DNA of 64,000 nucleotides from Candidatus Moraniibacteriota bacterium (GTDB lineage Bacteria; Patescibacteriota; Minisyncoccia; Moranbacterales; UBA1568): NCBI GenBank assembly GCA_016699975.1, contig CP064994.1, positions 647,828 to 711,827 of the forward strand, read 5' to 3'. Shown piece by piece: positions 59,531 to 64,000 of this stretch (position 1 is its first letter; each line of letters starts with the position of its first letter). The notes under the pieces were generated by a model. It saw only the letters and a program-made list of their open reading frames with translations, ran no database searches and was not told where the DNA came from. The position numbers and the translations under genes were made by a program.

Positions 59531-60331
59531 TTATTTCTTATTCTTCAAGATGAGAGAATAATTCTCGGGAAATCCGAAATAAACTTTCTTTAATCTTTCC
59601 CCTGCGCGAAATCGCCCCACATACTCAAACACAGCATCAAAAAACAAACTGGCAATATTATTAAATAAGAAGATCGGAAACAATACAAAGCGAGAAAAGG
59701 GGATGTATTCGAGAAATACCGTGAAGAGGCGAAAAAGTGTATTCATATATCCTCCTTGCTGGAAAATTTTAATAACTTCAAAATCTTTAAATATTTCTTT
59801 CAGTCCATATCGGGTAAATCGATAGTAATCGTATGGAGCGCCGTGTTCGGGATACGCAAGCGGCACGGAGATGAAAATAAGCCCGCCATTCTTCACAACT
59901 CTTCTTATTTCACTCACGGTTTCAGGAATTTTTGCCGTATGCTCCAGCACCTGCGTGCACAAGAGCGCATCGAAAGCATTCTCTTCAAAAGGAAGTTCCC
60001 AATTCAATCCGACAACATCCACGCACTCATTCTTTTCAATATCAAAACCGATAAATTCCTGAACAAAGGGAAACAGACTCCTATAGGGCTTCATTCCACA
60101 ACCAAGATCAAGAAGACGAGTAGTTCCTGCCCCTCTTATTCGAACAGAAAAATCAGAAAGAGCAAAAAGAATATGCCGGAGTACCACATAGCCCGGTTGC
60201 CAGAGTTTCGGATGAAGCTTCTCTCGCTTCTGTGATTCTCGAGAAAGTCGTTTCATTTCTTCTGGACGATAAGCATATAGGTCGCTCCAGGAAGGGGGAG
60301 AAACTTTTGAAGAACAGTGCGAAGAAGCCAC
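59531..60331 (-). CDS. class I SAM-dependent methyltransferase
   Basis: LLDLGCGMKPY...IGFDIE...VKNGGLIFISVP. Confidence 0.65.
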   Translation of the reverse strand: MASSHCSSKVSPPSWSDLYAYRPEEMKRLSRESQKREKLHPKLWQPGYVVLRHILFALSDFSVRIRGAGTTRLLDLGCGMKPYRSLFPFVQEFIGFDIEKNECVDVVGLNWELPFEENAFDALLCTQVLEHTAKIPETVSEIRRVVKNGGLIFISVPLAYPEHGAPYDYYRFTRYGLKEIFKDFEVIKIFQQGGYMNTLFRLFTVFLEYIPFSRFVLFPIFLFNNIASLFFDAVFEYVGRFRAGERLKKVYFGFPENYSLILKNKK

Positions 60332-61014
60332 ATCGCTCTCCCAAGAAGATTCTCAAGAAATCCTTTTCCCTCATGCGGCAAGAAAAACTCCTTTAAGGAT
60401 AACCGCGTGAAGCCTGAGAATACTTCATCAATATTTTGTTCATCCCATCGTTGCTTATGTCCCCATTTATGAAAGATGAGTCCGCAGTGAGGGCAAAAAC
60501 ATTCATTGTCTTTGAGGTTTTCTTTGGCAGGAAAGGTCAGAAAAGCAATTCCCCCTTTCCTAAGAACTCTTCGAATTTCTTCGACGCAACGCACGAGTTC
60601 AGCCGTATCCATATGTTCCAGGACCTCAGAAGCAACAAAACCATCAAAGTGGGCATCTGGATATGGAAGTGTTCCATCAATTCCGATCGTCGTAAATTCA
60701 ATGCGGTTTCCTTCCCTTTTTTTCACTTGGTCGACATTTTTTTGTGATATATCTGCGCCGAAAGGATGGAAAAATGACGAGAGTTTATGTAAAAGATAGC
60801 CATCTCCAAACCCTATCTCGAGGATTCTTGACTGGGGCTTCAGTCGTCTTCGAATCTCCCAGAGAATCTTGTCTTGACGACGATGTCCGGCCTCAAAATA
60901 CTCACCATTTTCGACCTGGTGATGCTCCCACAACCTTTCATCCTGCCTCGAATATTCAGTCTTCATAAGAAAAGAGAAAGCGTATGGTCCGGGAGAAATA
61001 GAAATGAAGCACAA
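60253..61014 (-). CDS. class I SAM-dependent methyltransferase with a CxxC pair (CFCPHCG)
   Basis: RILEIGFGDGYL...GADIS...LRKGGIAFLTFP. Confidence 0.6.
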   Translation of the reverse strand: MCFISISPGPYAFSFLMKTEYSRQDERLWEHHQVENGEYFEAGHRRQDKILWEIRRRLKPQSRILEIGFGDGYLLHKLSSFFHPFGADISQKNVDQVKKREGNRIEFTTIGIDGTLPYPDAHFDGFVASEVLEHMDTAELVRCVEEIRRVLRKGGIAFLTFPAKENLKDNECFCPHCGLIFHKWGHKQRWDEQNIDEVFSGFTRLSLKEFFLPHEGKGFLENLLGRAMWLLRTVLQKFLPLPGATYMLIVQKK

Positions 61015-62182
61015 TTCCCGAGAGGAGAAGAGAAAGAAGAGCGCCCGTCATTGAGTATAATGGAATAAGAAGGAGATTCAAAGCAAGATTCAAAATGCCA
61101 CAAAGAAAAACACCCAAAACCGTCGCCTTTACGCCACGAATTCCTTCAGCATTTAAGAACCACATCTGTATCTGGTAAGAAACGGCAATCCCCGCAGACA
61201 GTGAAGAAAGGACAACGGAAGAAAATTGAAAAGGATATCCTTTTCCAAAAAGAAGGAGGAGAAAAGAAGCGAGAGGAAGAGATGAAAGAAAAACAAAAAG
61301 AAGGAAAACGGCACAACGCAAAAAGCTTTTTAAGAAGAGCTCGTTTGTCCCGAATCGACGAAACTGCTGGAAAAAATGCATTGACAAAAAACCTGTGAGC
61401 TGAGAGAAAATCGTTACAGAAATCAAAATGTAGACCGCATACACTCCAACAATCTTAGTATCAAAATAATAGTTCAGCAATAATTTATCGACACTCCCAA
61501 GAAAAACACCCGCCACACTTCCCAACGTGGCAAGAAATCCGTATCGAAAAAGAATAAAAAATGTTTTTGCGCTCAAGATCGCTCTTTCTCTCGAAACTCT
61601 CAGAGACAAGAAAGCCATGCCACAAAAGAAAATATAGCCGATAAGAAATGAAAGAGCCATGTATTCGAATCCGCTCCCCCGAAAGAAAACTCTGAAAAAT
61701 ACACAGAAAAGAACCAGGATGAGAAACGCGTACGAAAGATCGGCAATCGAAATAAACTTCATCCGATCAAAGCCCTGCAAAAAAGATCGGGCAAGAAAAA
61801 AGAAAGTAAGGGTGACGGCAAAAAGGATACTCAAAAAAGCAGTTTCCGATCCTGCAAAAAAAATACGGCTCAATAAAAAAAAGAGGAGAAAAAATACAAG
61901 CGTGAGGATCGACACAGAAATGAAGGCCGTATTCCGGAGAACAAACTTTTCGGAAATATTTGCTTCCGCGATATATCGCGCACTCGCCGTATTAAAACCA
62001 AACAGCATCGGTATCATGAGTATTTGCGCAACCGAAACCACTATTTGAAATTTCCCATATTCTTCCGGGCCAAGCCACCGTCCACCGAGGAGATTCACCA
62101 GAAAAAGAATTCCCGCCGCTCCCATCCCTCCAAAAGCAGACCAGGAAAGATCACCAAGAAACTTCCGCATATCAAGACTCAT
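60956..62182 (-). CDS. Wzx-like oligosaccharide flippase (MOP/PST family)
   Basis: About 12 TM helices; the N-terminal pattern is typical of PST flippases. Confidence 0.55.
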   Translation of the reverse strand: MSLDMRKFLGDLSWSAFGGMGAAGILFLVNLLGGRWLGPEEYGKFQIVVSVAQILMIPMLFGFNTASARYIAEANISEKFVLRNTAFISVSILTLVFFLLFFLLSRIFFAGSETAFLSILFAVTLTFFFLARSFLQGFDRMKFISIADLSYAFLILVLFCVFFRVFFRGSGFEYMALSFLIGYIFFCGMAFLSLRVSRERAILSAKTFFILFRYGFLATLGSVAGVFLGSVDKLLLNYYFDTKIVGVYAVYILISVTIFSQLTGFLSMHFFQQFRRFGTNELFLKSFLRCAVFLLFVFLSSLPLASFLLLLFGKGYPFQFSSVVLSSLSAGIAVSYQIQMWFLNAEGIRGVKATVLGVFLCGILNLALNLLLIPLYSMTGALLSLLLSGIVLHFYFSRTIRFLFSYED

Positions 62183-62467
62183 GGGGGCGCTAAAATACGC
62201 ACGTGGATTTTTTCAGCGAATGAAAAAAAAGAGTTCCGCACAGTTTCACATCGCATACCGAAAGCGTGAAAGAGAATTTCGAAGGGAGAGAAAGCTTTTT
62301 TCGCACACGGGCGACAACTAAGAGAGGTTTGCTGCCAAAAAAGGTCTCGCGGTCATTCCTTGGACTTCATGATTTCTCAAGTATCCCACAAGGAGAAAGA
62401 CTTTCTTCAATTGTCTGCGTTAAAAATTCAGTTTTGATCATCGCAAAACCGTTGTATACTGTATATC

Positions 62468-63955
62468 ATGGATATTTCTCCAAAGCCACCGAAGGCACCT
62501 CGTAAGACAAGGATGGGTGCGGTTTTTTTCGAGAACGCGCTTCTTTTCTTGTTGCTCGATGCCTTTTTTCTGAAGGGCGTTTTCTTGGCCGCTCTTTTCC
62601 CGCTCTTTACTGGCCAAGACGAAGCGCGCCACTACAATACTATTCAGTATATTGCAGAGCCCTTCGAAAAAACCTGGCCCATGGAACCGCGCGCGCACAA
62701 AGAAAATAAAAATGAATTGTTGGACTATAATTTCTCACAAGAAATCATCGGTGTCGGTCAGGCAGCAGAAGTCGATGCGATACGGGGAGGAATATTTCGT
62801 ACCGCAGATTTCTCTTCCGGAAAAGGATACGACGGCAAAAACGAAAATACCATTCGAGAAAAATCCTGGCAACCCAGAAACACCTATTCCCCTCCCGACA
62901 TTGCGACTCCCGGACTCTATCATCGTCTTGGTGCCTTCTTCGAATGGGCGCTTTCTGGTCATGACCTCCTCGTTCGATTTTATGCCATCCGAATCATGTC
63001 TGTTGCCTTGGGAACAGTTGCCATTTTTCTCGCCTTCATGATCGCGCGCGCGCTTCGCTTCGACCGCCACATCAGCCTCCTTTTTGCCGCGCTGGTTGCC
63101 TTCCAACCGAAATTCTCCATGTATACGACCAATATTAATTACGATGCTCTCCTGATTCCAACCTTTTTTCTTTTTACCTTAGGCGGCATCTTGAGCCTTC
63201 GCGATGGACTCACGCTTCGAAACGGAGCGATACTTCTTGTCTCAACGATCCTTGGCGTTCTTACCAAACAAACGGCCTTCATTCTTCTTCCCGTTCTCTT
63301 TATCCTTCTTTCGTTCCACCTCTTGCGGCACCTTTCCCAGAAACGCTCCCGCTTCCTTTCTTTTACTCTCTTTTTTCTGGTACTCATTGGAGGACTGTCT
63401 TTCCTCGCATCACACCCAACCGTAAAAAATATTTTCCCTACCCATCTTTCTCGAACCGAAATCCTCACTTCGTTCGAAAAATATAGGAGCGAAAGTTTGA
63501 CACCCGGAAGACTCGCGCTTTCTTCGCGTACGTATTGGGGAGCGCTCGGGTGGAACGAGGACATTATTTCGCGTCGACTCACTGATGTTCTCTGGCCAAT
63601 CGAGGGACTTGCCGCAATCGGACTGCTCATTTTTTTCATTTTCAAAAAACCCGAATTCTTGCCAGAGAAACGACTCGTCGCATTCCTCGTCCTCATGATT
63701 CTCGCGCTTCAACTCGGCATCCGCGCGGCGGACTGGAGTATCTTTCGATTGACCGGAGCACTCGACCTCGGAGCGCCCGGACGCTACTTTCTGCCCAATC
63801 TCGCAACCCACTTCCTCCTGGTCTTTATCGGCTTCGGAGCGCTCGTCCGGAGTCGCGAATTCCTGCGACACCTCCTCGTTGCGAGTGTCATTCTTTTCTT
63901 CGCCTTCTCTTTTTATCTCACCGTGAGCGTCGTCGCGCCGAGATTTTACCTCTAA
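62468..63955 (+). CDS. polytopic membrane protein, DUF2142-like (polysaccharide-locus associated)
   Basis: Multiple TM helices with a periplasmic loop. Confidence 0.4.
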   Translation: MDISPKPPKAPRKTRMGAVFFENALLFLLLDAFFLKGVFLAALFPLFTGQDEARHYNTIQYIAEPFEKTWPMEPRAHKENKNELLDYNFSQEIIGVGQAAEVDAIRGGIFRTADFSSGKGYDGKNENTIREKSWQPRNTYSPPDIATPGLYHRLGAFFEWALSGHDLLVRFYAIRIMSVALGTVAIFLAFMIARALRFDRHISLLFAALVAFQPKFSMYTTNINYDALLIPTFFLFTLGGILSLRDGLTLRNGAILLVSTILGVLTKQTAFILLPVLFILLSFHLLRHLSQKRSRFLSFTLFFLVLIGGLSFLASHPTVKNIFPTHLSRTEILTSFEKYRSESLTPGRLALSSRTYWGALGWNEDIISRRLTDVLWPIEGLAAIGLLIFFIFKKPEFLPEKRLVAFLVLMILALQLGIRAADWSIFRLTGALDLGAPGRYFLPNLATHFLLVFIGFGALVRSREFLRHLLVASVILFFAFSFYLTVSVVAPRFYL

Positions 63956-64000
63956 CATTCCTCTCAAAAAAACAGTGAGGAAAAGAGAGATAACATTCCC

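Noticed and set aside
1-64000. CRISPR arrays and rRNA genes
   Set aside because: No regularly spaced short direct repeats and no rRNA-like conserved stretches were seen on either strand. The only repeats are the long inverted pairs at 32.8-36.6 kb and a 15-bp tandem at 4153-4182.

Overview
The window looks like a contig from a small-genome, probably CPR/Patescibacteria-like bacterium. That attribution is an inference from compact genes, C-terminal zinc-ribbon tails and the mix of reduced housekeeping genes; it is not a database result. No rRNA genes or CRISPR arrays were seen. The main blocks, left to right:

- **Housekeeping, 1-9.8 kb:** priA (3' part), def, fmt, a non-catalytic tandem rhodanese, a solitary groES preceded by a CIRCE operator, two HtrA paralogues (one with all three catalytic residues replaced), a parvulin PPIase and an FtsB-like protein.
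- **Uncharacterised module, 10.0-14.7 kb:** a VirD4/TraD-like P-loop ATPase with a Pro/Ser-rich linker and a C4 zinc-ribbon tail, a large membrane partner, and a sigma-70-region-4 / tandem HARE-HTH regulator.
- **Housekeeping, 14.8-30.8 kb:** a hinge-less 769-aa SMC-like ATPase, rnc, nusB, rpmF, rnhB, a metallophosphoesterase, an MFS transporter, rpmA, an alpha/beta hydrolase, pyrG and rplI.
- **tRNA-bounded island, 30.9-36.7 kb:** delimited by tRNA-Val(CAC) and tRNA-Ala(CGC); AT-rich and ORF-poor on the left. It contains:
  - a nucleoside 2-deoxyribosyltransferase-like gene;
  - a four-gene cassette (XRE, TfoX-N, VOC, TfoX-C/HhH) bracketed by ~267-bp inverted repeats;
  - a large serine recombinase bracketed by a second pair of 132-bp inverted repeats whose outer end is the tRNA-Ala 3' CCACCA.
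- **36.9-39.1 kb:** a membrane DsbA and a thioredoxin-like ferredoxin.
- **Glucan/polysaccharide locus, 40.5-64 kb:** a split cyclic beta-1,2-glucan-synthase-like pair (GT84-type glycosyltransferase then GH94), followed by a GT2/DUF2304/GT-C triad, three GT4 genes, asnB, a deacetylase-like gene, four SAM methyltransferases, a Wzx flippase and a DUF2142-like membrane protein.

At least seven genes are interrupted by single frameshifts (htrA, the sigma4/HARE regulator, the phosphoesterase, pyrG, the recombinase, GH94, asnB), most of them inside short homopolymer runs. This points to indel sequencing errors at least as much as to pseudogenisation.
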